Part shown: piece after piece, positions 1 through 12,334 of the stretch | Position numbering within the stretch: position 1 is the first letter of the stretch | Layout of the letters: the number at the start of each line of letters is the position of its first letter | Made by a program: the position numbers and the translations under genes | The notes under the pieces: generated by a model | What the model was told of the DNA's origin: nothing | Seen by the model: the letters and a program-made list of their open reading frames with translations, nothing else | Database searches by the model: none | Source: Octopus vulgaris | Lineage: Eukaryota | Assembly (NCBI GenBank): GCA_951406725.2 | Contig: OX597818.1 | Coordinates: 95,728,001 to 95,792,000, forward strand | Direction of reading: 5' to 3' | Length of the DNA stretch: 64,000 bases

Positions 1-9
1 ACAAAACAC
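1..9 (-). CDS. Saposin-B-like protein, start of exon 4 (runs off the window)
   Basis: Acceptor TTCTTTGTACTGCTTCACATAG| then GTG TTT TGT (VFC) in phase 0. This puts a Cys 25 residues after CxxC, consistent with SapB spacing. Confidence 0.55.
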
Positions 10-840
10 CTATGTGAAGCAGTACAAAGAATACAGTCTGTGATTCTTTGACAAAGTCACCAACCACAGTCAGCTAAGATTTTAATGGACACCACAACAC
101 AGATAAAACAACCCCCATAAAATCAAAAGAAGCTGTTAAGCATTACAGTTTGAAAACTTTCTTCCCACCTAAATTACAGCCAGAATTTGTGGTCTGGTGT
201 TAAGCTGGCTTGTAATAGCCATACAGAATATTCTGCTCCTATCCTCCATAGCTCACTTAACCCTTTTGTTAACATATTGTAGTGTGATTGAAGAAAAGGA
301 CAACAGAAAAAGAAGCAAACGGGAGAAAGAAATACAAAAGGCCTTACCTGTTGACCTCGGCAGAATGAGTGGTCACTCACGAAATAGACGTCTTTTCTCC
401 CTGCTCGAACTGCCCACACGTGCTTCCTGCCCATGCATGCCCCTTTCACTCTTCCGCCGGCCCCTGCAGTCTTCACTTCCTTTTTGCCTCATCTACCATC
501 CTCTCCACCAACACCACATAGCTCATCACAGCCCATAACACCGCTAACATCACACATATTTAGGTTGAAATATAGTGTTTGTTTCAGTTAACGAGCATTT
601 TATTAAAATAACTTTGTCATTACTAAAATGGTAGTTTGGAATATAAATTAGCATGGGATTTTGATGGACAGTTTTAAAAGTGGATCACTTTAAAAAGGCA
701 TTTGTATCATAAAAACAAAAGCAGTTCTAGGTAGGTCAGTGTCAAAAGTGCTTGACTAATGACATTCCTCTTAAAATAGCATCCACATTAGTTGCTGGTT
801 TTTGCTTATATATCCACTTTACATACATACAATGTTTGTA

Positions 841-1195
841 ACCCAGTGGTTAGGGCAGCGGACTCGCGGTTTCGATTCCCAGACCGGGCGTTGTGAGTGT
901 TTATTGAGCGAAGACACCTAAAGCTCCACGAGGCTCCGGCAGGGGATGGTGGTGATCTCTGCTGTACTCTTTCACCACAACTCTCTCTCTTTCTTACTTC
1001 CTGTTTCTGTTGTACCTGTATTTCAAAGGGCCGGCCTTGTCACTCTCTGTGTCATGCTGAATATCCCCGAGAACTACGTTAAGGGTACACGTGTCTGTGG
1101 AGTGCTCAGCCACTTACACGTTAATTTCATGAGCAGGCTGTTCCGTTGTTCGGATCAACCGGAACCCTCGTCGTCGTAACCGATGGAGTGCTTCC
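841..1195 (+). mobile_element. tRNA-headed SINE
   Basis: A/B-box-like head (CCCAGTGGTTAGGGCAGCGGAC...GGTTTCGATTCCC) followed by a GC-richer body; lies in intron 3 of the saposin-like gene. Confidence 0.7.
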
Positions 1196-1251
1196 CTCAT
1201 ACAAACAACTTATTCAAAGTTACTTCTTCATTCCACCTTATCACTACCATG

Positions 1252-1677
1252 GGCAATCTTTCGTCTCTAGTAGACCTTTCCGTCGATTTCCGTAAAAAAA
1301 TTTATTTTTTTTACATATGGGCTTGCGGGAACTTTTGAAGTAATGAGAGTGAAAGAGACTAAGAGAAAGCGATTGTATGACGAGGGAAGTTCTTTTGAAG
1401 TTACCGTGCATGGGAAGCATTGATGTACATATGTGTGTGTGTGTGTGTTTGATGGGGTGTGGGAGACAGACAGTATGTTGTGTAAGTGAAGTGCTTCTGT
1501 TAGTGTGTGTGAAGAGACAGAGTAATGTGTGAAAGAAAGAGATAACTGAAATTTTTTACTCGGTGTATGTGTATATGTATGTATATTACTTCAAAAGTTC
1601 CCGCAAGCCCATATGTAAAAAAAAAAAAAATTTTTACGGAAATCGACGGAAAGGTCTACTAGAGACGAAAGATCGCC
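1252..1677. mobile_element. Merlin-type MITE
   Basis: About 93-bp TIRs (GGCAATCTTTCGTCTCTAGTAGACC... / ...GGTCTACTAGAGACGAAAGATCGCC) with a perfect 8-bp TSD CTACCATG at 1244-1251 and 1678-1685. GG-N-R-M termini. Confidence 0.85.
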
Positions 1678-1770
1678 CTACCATGTACACAGTTTGCAAA
1701 ATGTGAAAATTCCTATAATTACTCTATTCCAACAAATCAAATAGTTTTTGAAAGTGTCTTTTCCACCAAC

Positions 1771-1823
1771 CTCAGATAATGCACTCCAGAAATAGTTCTT
1801 ATTTTCACAAAGCACTTCAATGT
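1771..1823 (-). CDS. Saposin-B-like protein, exon 3 (53 nt)
   Basis: Acceptor AAAAG| (weak), donor GAG|GTTGGT, phase 1-0. Encodes DIEVLCENKNYFWSALSE in frame with exon 2. Confidence 0.6.
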
Positions 1824-1898
1824 CTTTTAAATGTCATTTATGTCAACATACACACATATTTATAAACACACACAGCTCCAATCAAAGTTTCAGCTCAC

Positions 1899-1934
1899 CT
1901 TTAATTGTGAATTGGCAAATTTCACAGAATGTAC
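1899..1934 (-). CDS. Saposin-B-like protein, exon 2 (36 nt)
   Basis: Acceptor TTCCAG|, donor AAG|GTGAGC, phase 1-1. Encodes (S)TFCEICQFTIK, the CxxC start of a SapB domain. Confidence 0.75.
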
Positions 1935-2039
1935 CTGGAAAAATATTTTAAAATGCAATGAGAAATAAAACAGTTATAAATTAATTTTGGAATTCAATAA
2001 AATTATCAAAGTTTCTAATAAATAGTGATTGACTAGTCG

Positions 2040-2077
<38 letters not shown>

Positions 2078-3001
2078 ACAGTAGTCTTTGACTGCTGGAC
2101 AAAATGTTGCTTCAACTGTGTAGATAGTAGGAGTGGTCATATGCGGATATTCAGCGGAATAACACGGTATGGCTGTAAAGGGAGTAAACCTTGATAAACT
2201 TAAAGGAAATTGATGTTACTGCATAACAAAAAACAAAAAAAAAAGGTGGGGTTGTTGAAGTTAGAGTATGAAGTGTCGTTTTAATAAATTTCTGTTCGAA
2301 AGAATTTGCATTGTTCATCAAGTTTACATATACTCCAATTATGATCCGAAAATCTGCGACCGAGAAGGAATAGATCCTCAGAAATAATCATTGATAGAGA
2401 AAAAATGTCTTATTTGAGTTCCTCCCTGTGGTTTCTCTCCCTGTGTCTTTGCCTCGAAGGGTTTTGTTGAATAAATCAACCCCAGGGCTTAATTTTTTAA
2501 GTTGCTCTGATTACATCTCCCATCATTTAATGGCTCAGTAGTAGGAAAAGAAACACACACGCATGATGGGCTTACAAGTTTTCATCAACCAAATTCATTC
2601 ACAAAGGCATTGGTCAGCCTAGGGCTACAGCAAAAGATACCTGTCCAAGGTATCACATAGCAGGATTGAACCCGAAACCATGTGGTTGTGAAGCAAACTT
2701 CTGAACCACACAGCCATGCCAGCACCTATGTATGCATAAAAACTCTACAAAATGCACTAACTATATATACAACACACAATTAAGTAAACTAGGTAAACGA
2801 CATACTCTTAACTGTATATGAATTAACTGCTAATTTTTCAATTTAAAATGTACATTAGACATTATAAGAACTGGTTAGTTTACTCTTTCCTGATTCAAGC
2901 TGGTGCTTATAATGTCTATAATATCACACAATTACTTGTTTTAACTATATAAAATACACAACACTCAGAGCCGATCACTAATTAAAATCAATAAAACTTA
3001 C

Positions 3002-3098
3002 TTGACTTGTTGACAGACTTCACATCGTCAGTATCAGCTAAGGCCTGGACACAACACATAACAGTTAAAATGGTGAAACATGTTTTAATATCCATCAT
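3002..3098 (-). CDS. Secreted saposin-B-like protein, coding exon 1 (signal peptide)
   Basis: Minus strand reads MMDIKTCFTILTVMCCVQALADTDDVKSVNKS: hydrophobic core plus VQA/LA cleavage-like site, ending at a strong donor A|GTAAGT (phase 1). Confidence 0.75.
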
Positions 3099-4263
3099 AC
3101 TAACACTGTATTCCTATTTACCTTACACTGTACACACCCTCGTGTAGAGTGATGTCGTGCCTTTGCAGTATAGTGTGCTATAACTGTGGTCTGTTATGGT
3201 AGAGATCAATGTTACTTTGTTTTGAAATGTGTAGTGTTGTAATATGAAACAGTTCACTACATTACCTATCTAACTGATATCTTCTTCGCCAGATAACCAT
3301 CAGGAAATGACCACCTAGCTTAACTGTTATGCATTCTACTGTGTAACTACATACGAGTATACACGTCTGTAACTGTGTGTGTGAGTCTAATTAGGAATAT
3401 ATGTACGAAAGTATGTTTGTACACGTCTGGATGTGTGTACATATTGCTAAAGTGTAGCGTTTGAGGGATTTTTGTGTGTGTATATGTGTGGTTTAAAAAG
3501 TACAGTTTAACTCACACTTGTGTGTCTGAATCTGTAATAGTTTCGGCCCGGGGGTGAGGGGTGGGAAAAAAACCTAAGATTGTTGTTGCTGTCAGTGTTG
3601 TGTGTTATAGTTGCATAAGTTGCCATTGCTTATTGTTGTCAATAAACAATGTATGCATTGTACAAAAAAAAGACACCTTGATTATATAATTAACTAATTA
3701 GTGCAACAATATCAGGTAGATCCTCCACCACAACCACACTACTTTCAACAGCCCTACACAGTGCCATGTCATCTCGAGTCTGGACCAGTTCCACATATAC
3801 AATAGAACATCTTTTTAGACTTAGTTAATCTGATAGACTTACTCGCTACTTCATATATCACTGCTTCGTTTCCTTTTGTCCTTTCTTTTGATCTCATTTA
3901 ACCTGCCTTTAAGAGTTTGGTTATTTCATTTGTTACTCATAGAGTAACCATTTCCCCTTTTGTCATTATCACCATGACGACCATTCACTTCATGTGGTTA
4001 AACAATTTTTCGTTTGTAAGGAGTAACTTAAAGTAAGGCGGTGGGAATATGATAATATATATCTGTTCGGTAATCCTTCACTTTTATCACAGTGATAATT
4101 TCCCTACTCATTTCCTCAACGAAAGAAAAAAAAGAAAAAAGAAAAAAAGTTCAAAATGGGAATCTTTTCTGTTTGGCTGCCAAGATTTCAAAAATCAAAG
4201 TTTATTGAAAATTTTAAAATTTAGTACATTAATGTAATTTTCCAAACCAAATTGCTGGAGATA

Positions 4264-5192
4264 CCGTGTTTCCCCGAAAATAAGCCCAACCATAATTTTT
4301 CAAGATGTTTTTAATATAAGCCCTACCCCGAAAAAATGCATCAGCTTGTTAGCATGACCATGAGATGTTTGCAAAATAAACCAAATACCCAGCTTGGCTA
4401 AAGTCTGCGCTAAGTGCGCATGCGCGGAATGGACTCCCTTGTCCCCTAGGCAAGATGAGAGCAAAAAGAAAGAGTTATTCCGTGGAGTACAAGAAAGGAA
4501 TTGTGAAAGAGTCACATAACAAGAATCTTACGGTTGTCTTTAAGAAGATGTTGGATCTCCGAATGGTTCGAAAATGGCTACAAGAGTACGATAACCTCAG
4601 CAGACAGGTGGATGAGGGAAGTATGGATCAGGTCGACAACCGTTATTTTCGGAGCTGGAAAGTATCACGTCGGGATGGATTTTTGACAGAAGAACAAAGG
4701 CTTTGGTTGTACGCAGGGCTGATATTCAAGAATTTGCTCTTACAATGACACCACAGAGATATTCAAAGCATCACCTCATTGGTTGGATAACTTCCTTCGG
4801 CGATACGAGCTCTCTCTAAGAAGATCGACATCACTGTTCAAGCTGGAGGATGCTGAAATGATTCAACGTGCACTCAAGGACTTGCATTCAAGTCTTTCGT
4901 TGATGCCATCGACTTTTCTATTTACAGTCTCCCCAATATAATTGCTATGGTTGAGACTGCAGTATTTAAGGACCAAGGATCTAAAACGACAATTGAACAG
5001 ACAGGTGTCTCGCCAATCTACGTTGCCTCAACGGGTTACGAAAGTGCAAGAGTTACCTGTATTTTAGCAATTCGTCTTGGAACAAAAGTCCTACCACTTA
5101 TCATTACAAAGGACAAAAAAGAGAAAATAGAACGAGTTTTGGGCATTTATGTCCTTGAAACGGAAAAGGCTTGGTGCACACAAGTGTTATAA
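4264..5192 (+). mobile_element. Degenerate pogo/Tigger-like DNA transposon (left TIR plus broken transposase)
   Basis: TA|CCGTGTTTCCCCGAAAATAAG left end. ORF MRAKRKSYSVEYKKGIV...VRKW resembles a Brinker/CENP-B-type HTH; ETAVF...STGYESARVTCILAI...LPLII is a DDE_1 fragment. Frameshifted and truncated. Confidence 0.8.
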
Positions 5193-5464
5193 GACCTTTT
5201 ACACAAGGACATGAGACTTTTTTTGTCAATGATAAAAAACAAACAAACAAAACAAAACAATAAAACGAGTAAGCAACACGTATTTTGTAGTTTAAGCATT
5301 CAATATTCATTTAATGCAACAAACAGTACATTACTAATTAAATATTTCTCAAAATAAGAAAGTTGTAGCACAAATTTAATAGATTTATCCAAAAACAAAA
5401 TATCATGTTACAAATTAAATATTTTTGAAAAACAAACATTTCGCTGACCAGTTCATTGAAAACG

Positions 5465-5888
5465 AAAGTTAGAAATGTATTCGAACAATTTCTCGAACAA
5501 ATCGCAATTTTCATATCCCCTGCGTCACATAAATTCACACATATATGAATCTACCATAGAGCGGTGTGTGCCACAGTGTCATTTATTACTTCGCTTTACA
5601 GAGGCCCACGTACACTCCACTTGTTGAATATGAGTACCATCTTTCGAGTTTAGAAACCCAACGCTGTGTTTCGCCGCCCTATGCTCAAGATTGTAACCAT
5701 CAGTTTCAGGAATGTGAGAGTACGCACCCCACAAATCGCTGAAAATTGTGGTTCCTGGAAGAATCGAGTGACGTATGTATTCCTCCCGTATGACACCGTA
5801 TAAAGGAAAACCTGTCTGGTCTCAACCACTACTCAGGTAGGGCCCTTCCTTGGTTGTACTTACGTCTTGAGAAGACTGTTTCGTCGAA
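5465..5888 (-). pseudogene. Merlin (IS1595/ISXO2-like) DDE transposase relic
   Basis: Manual translation: FDETVFSRRKYNQGRALPE*W...ETRQVFLYTV...IRHSILPGTTIFSDLWGAYSH...HSVGFLNSKDGTHIQQVECTWASVKR...DSYMCEFM*RR. Matches Merlin motifs IDE..F.RRKYN.GR, PGTTI.SD.W.AY, HTQ.IE..W, YL.EF.WR. Absent from the ORF track. Confidence 0.88.
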
Positions 5889-7074
5889 ACAAAATAAAAA
5901 GTTGATTGATTATTCTAACACGTCCCCCAGACAAGTGCTTCTCAAACTATCTGATATGGCGTACTGGCAGTTTTTTCCCCCAATGTGCCAGAGACCGGTA
6001 ATATTCCTTAGTAATATTAATTTATACTGGAAACAATATATATAGTAAATATAATAAAAGTTGACAATTTTTTTTAATCTTATATTTATTTTGTAAACAA
6101 ATAATACAATATTACATAAGCATTTTATAATGTTTCTTTCTTTTCTGGAAACTCACCGCGTACCGGCAGCTGATAGCTGAATAGTGTTAATATTTCCACT
6201 GTCAATTTGTGGTCATAAAACAAATGAATGCCATTAATTCAATATTTTTGTTTCATTTTTTAATATATCGAACATACCATAATTTTTTTCATTATACAAG
6301 TGTTGCAATTGTATAACAAACAAGTCAGTTAATAAGCGACTTAAAATATCATTTGTCCAACTATTATTTATAGTATTTGAATAAAAGATGTCCTTTTTTT
6401 CATGTGATAGTTTTCCTGTGAGTTTTTTTTTCTTGTAAATTTTTTGTAACCAAAATTTATGACTTCTTTTCTCGTGACTTTATTATTTCCATTCCCAGTT
6501 TAAGGTAATGTTTTTAATGGTGGATAATGTAGCACTAATTAGAAGGCATTACAGTTAATTTAGTTGTGAGGGTTGATAGACCCGTGACAGCTCTCATCGA
6601 ACAGATGTATAAGAGGCCTTCTCGACGTGACCATTTCGTTTTTATATTTGACAACATTGTTCAACGTGTCATTTTTTCTTTGTAAAGAAGGTAGGGTGTG
6701 GTTTGAGGGGGATTTGGATGCCATTTCTAGCAGACCAAGCGACTATGCAGAGGCTCCTTTTGTTGAGAACAAAATTAATCGGTTATAGAGCAACAATGAA
6801 TGTGGAGGGAAGCACAACCTAGACGCAGCGAGGAATAGCATGAGTTTTGGCCGCCTATGCTGTTGCCAGATTGGTTGCCCTCATCTTTAAACGTGACATG
6901 TATTCATATTGCCGTCCTATATAGTCAGCACAACATATTGCATAACTTCGAGACAGCAGAGTTTTTAACTTAGGAACAGACAGAAGGGGATTTTATATTA
7001 CAACGATTGATAGTTGGGGAAGGGTACAAAAGAGACATAATCCTAGTTTTATTATCATTATTTTTAGTTCAATG

Positions 7075-8135
7075 GTAGTGAGCTGGTAGAATCATTAGAG
7101 CAATCGAAAAAATGCATTGCGACATTTGCTCCCGTTCAGAATTCAAATCACGCCGAGATCAACTTTTCCTTTCATCTCTCTGGGATCAATAAAATAAAGT
7201 ACCAAGTTATGTTCTTGCAGTAGATGGTATCGACTACTCTTCTTTCTCCTCAAATTTTCTCCGTATGTCAAAAATCAGGAACTATTACTATTTATAGTTC
7301 AACCCAGATCTTAGAGGTGGCTAAAGTGTGATATAATGGTCGGTTACAACAATTGGGAAGACAACAAAAAGTACACCAGTAACATGTCACTAGATCATAA
7401 TAGTAGAGCTAGGCGTAAAATGATAGCCGGTCACGCACAATAACGGCGATGACAAAAGAAGTTGTAGTTCTTAACTACAATCAATCTTTCACAGTAGAGC
7501 AGATTTGATATGATAACCGGGAACAATAACCGTGAACACAAAGTTTGCTATTGCAGAGAGAATATATAAACTTCAGTCTTTAACAAAAACGACATTGTGG
7601 AGTCATACAATCTGTATGGGAATGTCCGCTCGTTTCAAAAGCTTTTTTCAAATATTTTTGAAATAATTCGTATTTTGGCGATCTTTCAAATTTTGTATAT
7701 ATAAGATGACTGACAAAGTGACACAAACTGTACTGGATAAAAGGGAAAGATAAGCAACAAAAGATCATTAATAATCGACATTATGTAAAATGCATTTGGT
7801 TTATTTTATTTTCATCGTTTTTTTAATTGTTAGTAGTAAATTATCAAATGCCCTTGTACTCAACTTTGCCTAATGGGATCGATTTAATCAACCAACCCAC
7901 TTACCATAAAATTACTGGCCTTGTACCAAAACTTGAAACAATCATCAGATGGCGATAACAGAACAAAATACTTCTGGCACTTCATGTTCTGAGTTCAAAT
8001 TTAATCCAGGTCAACCTTGCCCTTCATCCTTTTAGCGTCAATAAAATAAAGTACTAGTCAAGAACTGGGACTGATGTAATCGACTAATCTTCTCCCCTCA
8101 AAACTGTTGGCCTTGTACCAAATTTAAAATCATTA
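7075..8135 (+). mobile_element. Cluster of decayed SINEs (TTCTGAGTTCAAAT...TTTCATCC family)
   Basis: Copies near 7075-7290 and 7950-8135 resemble the well-preserved copy at 60630-60865. Confidence 0.6.
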
Positions 8136-9249
8136 TTAGTAAATTTAAATACGATTTTACAGGATGATATGCCTAATGCATTTGATTGCATACATACATA
8201 TGGATGCCAACTCATGTCCGTGTACGACATTTGGAATGCTGTTAATTTCTTGGTTGTTAGTATGGAAGCTCAGGAAAAAAGAGGATAAACATGGCGTGGG
8301 GTTGCTGATGAGTTCCAGAATTACGTAAGCATTTTTTTAAGGTTCTTCATGATTAATAGGTTGAGTAGTGCTTTCCCTGGAAAGGGCTGTCTAGTTATTC
8401 ATGATGTTGAATCTCTCCATCGCTATAGTTTGGAAAACAAAGCACTTATATTCTAAGCCGCCTACCTATAGATTTGCTACATGCTTCCAGCTATTAGCAA
8501 CCTCAGTTATAATCGGGTTCAAAGCCTACATGTTCGACTGCTCTAATTACCTCAGGACTTTTGGTTTGTAGTGTTTACCGAGTTCATGTACATGATATTG
8601 ATTATAGTGAGTGATGTGTACAAAAAAAAATCACTCACTTTTTAGTTACAACAGCAATTCCTCTTGGTGGCCCGGCATTGGCGACCAGAAGCTGAACGAT
8701 CATCAAGTTTTACCCGAAAGAATACTTTTAGACTGCTGTCGTAATTATAGAAGCCAAATATTCTCAGGTAGTCTTGTAGCCTGCTCGCTCATTATCACAA
8801 GTATTTCTATTTTCCTCCGTTTCGTGGAGTTTATCTGTTTTTTTGCTAGATGTTGCTTTTGTTCTGCTAGGTTTCTAGCAACCCTCTTCACTAGGAAAAT
8901 CTGGCGAGGAAAGTTATTTTGCAGCTAACGATTTAAGCAAGCATCAGTCTGTACAGGACTACATGTTACCAGTAGCTTATATGAACCGCCTGACGCATAC
9001 GCCCACATATGCATATATTCATACATCAGTAGTATTAGAGATTACTAAAGGGGGTGAGGCACAATGGGTAATATTTACTGCATTTTTTACTTTGAGAAAA
9101 AAAATTACGAGTATTCACTATCTTACGAAAACTATATCAGCTAAGCAAACGACCTTCTCTTTAATGCATTAAAAACTCTAAAACATATTCAGAACTCTAT
9201 TTCAGAAAATTATCTCCGTTCTCATTGAGCATACAAGAGACAAATTCAT

Positions 9250-9928
9250 GTGGGGTAAAATGAGTAAGGCAAAGTAAGGTAAATTTGCTTCTTCAATTCT
9301 TTAGAATTACATTTAAAAAAAGTATCGATCCTTAGACATCAGAATAATCAGAAATGCAACGAAAAATTGTAAATATTTGGGTCAAATGAAAGAGGACATT
9401 GTAAAAATGACACATGATATGAAATTAACGAAACTCAACTAAATCTAAAAACTCAGCATAAAATATTATGTATAGCATATTCACGATCTTCTGGGGTGAC
9501 TCTCTTCCCGTCATATTTACGCACCATACCGTTAAAGAAAACATTACTGAAATTAGTCGTTACTCACTTTTCTCCAATTTAAACATTTGTTTTGAAAATG
9601 GAAAATTATCAGATTAGACATTAGTATGGAAAAAATTTGACTTGGAATCCGACAAAGAAGGGAATTTTGATTGTTAAGCACCAAACATTATCGAGATATT
9701 TTATTAGCAACCTCAATTATAATCGGGTTCAAAGTTAAAAATTTTCTTCAATAAAAAAGTACTTGTCACCTGACTATGTTTCAAACTCTCTCATCTTCGT
9801 CGACAACAACAACAACAACGATGCTGGCCAATTTTTGCTCCAAAAGATGACGCAATATTTGCACTGTAATGATTTTTAACAAGTAGGAAGAAGATAACAA
9901 AAATCAGCAATTACTTATTTTGCCCCAC
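9250..9928. mobile_element. Old MITE, pogo/Tc1-like ends
   Basis: Inverted ends GTGGGGTAAAATGAGTAA and TTACTTATTTTGCCCCAC; non-coding interior. Confidence 0.45.
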
Positions 9929-12334
9929 TATCTACGATTATCATATACCAGTTTATTAATTTTGCATAAAATAAACCAAACACATTTTACATGGTGCTAA
10001 TTATTAACAATTCATTTACTTTCACTTTCCTTCAGTGTTAGTTGTTTCATTTTGTTCGCCATATTATATTCGAAAAATTGAAGGGGGGCTAACGATAATT
10101 TAAAATAAGTAATTGTTAATTAAACAGAGATTGATTACCTAATACATTTTTATATCTTAAAACAAAAGTTTAAATACTGAGAGGACAGGACGTAAGAGAA
10201 AGAAAACAAGTTTTAGGAACAAAATGAAATCATTCTTTAAATTCTTCGAAATTATTTTCTTCTCATCAACAATACAGAAAAAAGAAGAATAGTTTTACTT
10301 GGGTCAGATTCTTTCCTGTTATCGTAGACTTAATCAGATGAGAGATACACTTCCCCCTGGATATGACGTTGATCTAATACATGTAACTTTTCTCCATAGA
10401 AGAATTGAATTTTGCTCTGAAAGTCAATTGTTCACCTATGAGTTTCAGGTGAGAGAGGTAAGCGTCTACAACTTAGTACGATGCAGTGCAAGTGATGTAA
10501 CACGAATTAACGAGCTCCCGGCTGTATATGTCCAGTAACTCTGAACAACTTGAACCATCGCTTTTCACTGCCTTCGAGTAACTTTTAAAGTAATAGGTGA
10601 TTTATATTACCAAGATGGTACTTTGTTATTTATAAACAAATAATATCGGTTTGCTTTCCTGTCGTTTCCTTTCTGCAAAAAGTTACAGGAATTTTGAAAA
10701 AAAATAGATGAAAATTTCAAATTTAAACAACGAAAACAAAAGGCTATGACGTCATCGCGCCGTGTTAAATGTCAACGCCGAGTGAAAAACCATCGAAAAA
10801 TTGGCCGTTATAATCTTTCCTGTAACGAATGACTTTAAGCAGCGACTAAACAATTGATGTTTAGAAATGTTTTCTTCTAAAATTGAAACTTAACCTATTT
10901 TGGAGGGTTTTTTTGAGATTTATTTTTCATTTTTTTTATTACCTATCAAGTGATTTAAAGACAATGGTTACCGTTTTCATACTTTATTTTATAATTTGCT
11001 TGTCCTTTAACAAAGGTTAGTATTGTAAAGCAATTTTAAAACTCTTCTTAATTGTCCCTATTGGCAATAGACTACAAACACCTTATCACCACAAAATATC
11101 AAACATATTTTACTGAATTGGGTTTTTTTCATACACATTGTTATTGAATTTTTTTTTTTTCGTACACAACCGTTTGGGTAGATCCATGTGTGTATACATG
11201 TTTGTGTAAATAAATGTTTATGTGTAAATATGGATATATATGCATCCAATAACCCATATTAATTCACTTGCCAAAGAGTACAACAGGTTAAGTCAAGTCA
11301 TTCCCGTAGCATATCTGCAGTTGGGGCACCTGAATTTTTTCGTCAATCTTCACTACCCTTTCCGTACTTGAGCCCGGTTCATCGACCATTCTGCTGTATT
11401 TGGGCGAAAGACGCGGCCGTTATTAACCCAGACCCCGACTACGTCAGTATAGAATTAAATATTGGTGTAACTTTTGTTGAAGTGTTTCATTAGGTTTGGT
11501 AATCCTGGTGACGCCCATCTCCACTAGATATGGGTTCCTTTGGTTATCAAGGAACACCTTTGACAAATTTTTTAAAACTGATGTTAATATATTTATATAA
11601 CATATATGTTGTTGCTCGATCTTGTAGAGAGCATACAAGAATATGAAATATAAACTATTAAAGTTTCATACTTTGACATTTCTTTGGCTACCTTAAGATT
11701 AGTAAATGGCGCCCACAGGGAAAGAAAAAGGGCTAGAAATTGGGTGGGTGGGGGTTTCCATTCATTTTTATTAATTTCTTTTTTAAGTACTTATGTCTTT
11801 CTTTTCATACAAGAGAGATTACGAGTCTGAAAGTTTTTTTTTCCTCCCCAAATTTCAGTCTTTTACATCTTTATTCTCAATTCTGTTCCCATTTCCTTCC
11901 GTCTAGTAACTCTTCCAAATATAGATTTAATGAGTTCGAGTTCTGAAATTATAGTTTAATGTATTCTGGCCATGTTTGGCGTAAATTATCCAGCAGTCCT
12001 CATTGCTAGGTTTTTGAAGCTTCTTATGTTAAGTGTTGTTCAACATTAATCACAAGTGCTCTATAGGATTCATGTAGGTGGACTGGCTTGACAAAAGAAT
12101 GTCTTTTAATTCTTTTTTTTTTTCCTGCAGTATGACATTTATTTATTTATTTTAAAAACATTGGTTTAAGTTTGTCTTCAAGGATAGAAACATATTTTCT
12201 GAAATAATGTTGGCAACATCTTCAAACATGCCTCATCGCTCACAATTCCAAGTAGCTTCCAAAACCGGCATATTTACACAAGTGCGCCCTCCCTTGCTTT
12301 GTTTCCTCACAACTTTCAGAAAATGGCCACTTTC

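Noticed and set aside
174-538. Overlapping ORFs 174-476(-) and 197-538(+), and a strong minus-strand donor near 348
   Set aside because: No recognisable domain and no good in-frame acceptor; the saposin-like frame is better continued at position 9.
10299-10760. 79-aa ORF with nearby GT donors and a CRE palindrome TGACGTCA at 10747-10754 as promoter or first exon
   Set aside because: One 8-mer is expected by chance in 64 kb, and the ORF has no signal peptide or known motif.
11300-12060. Coding-like minus-strand stretch (GLLDNLRQTWPEYIKL, WRWASPGLPNLMKH)
   Set aside because: Broken by stops and not assignable to any family by eye.
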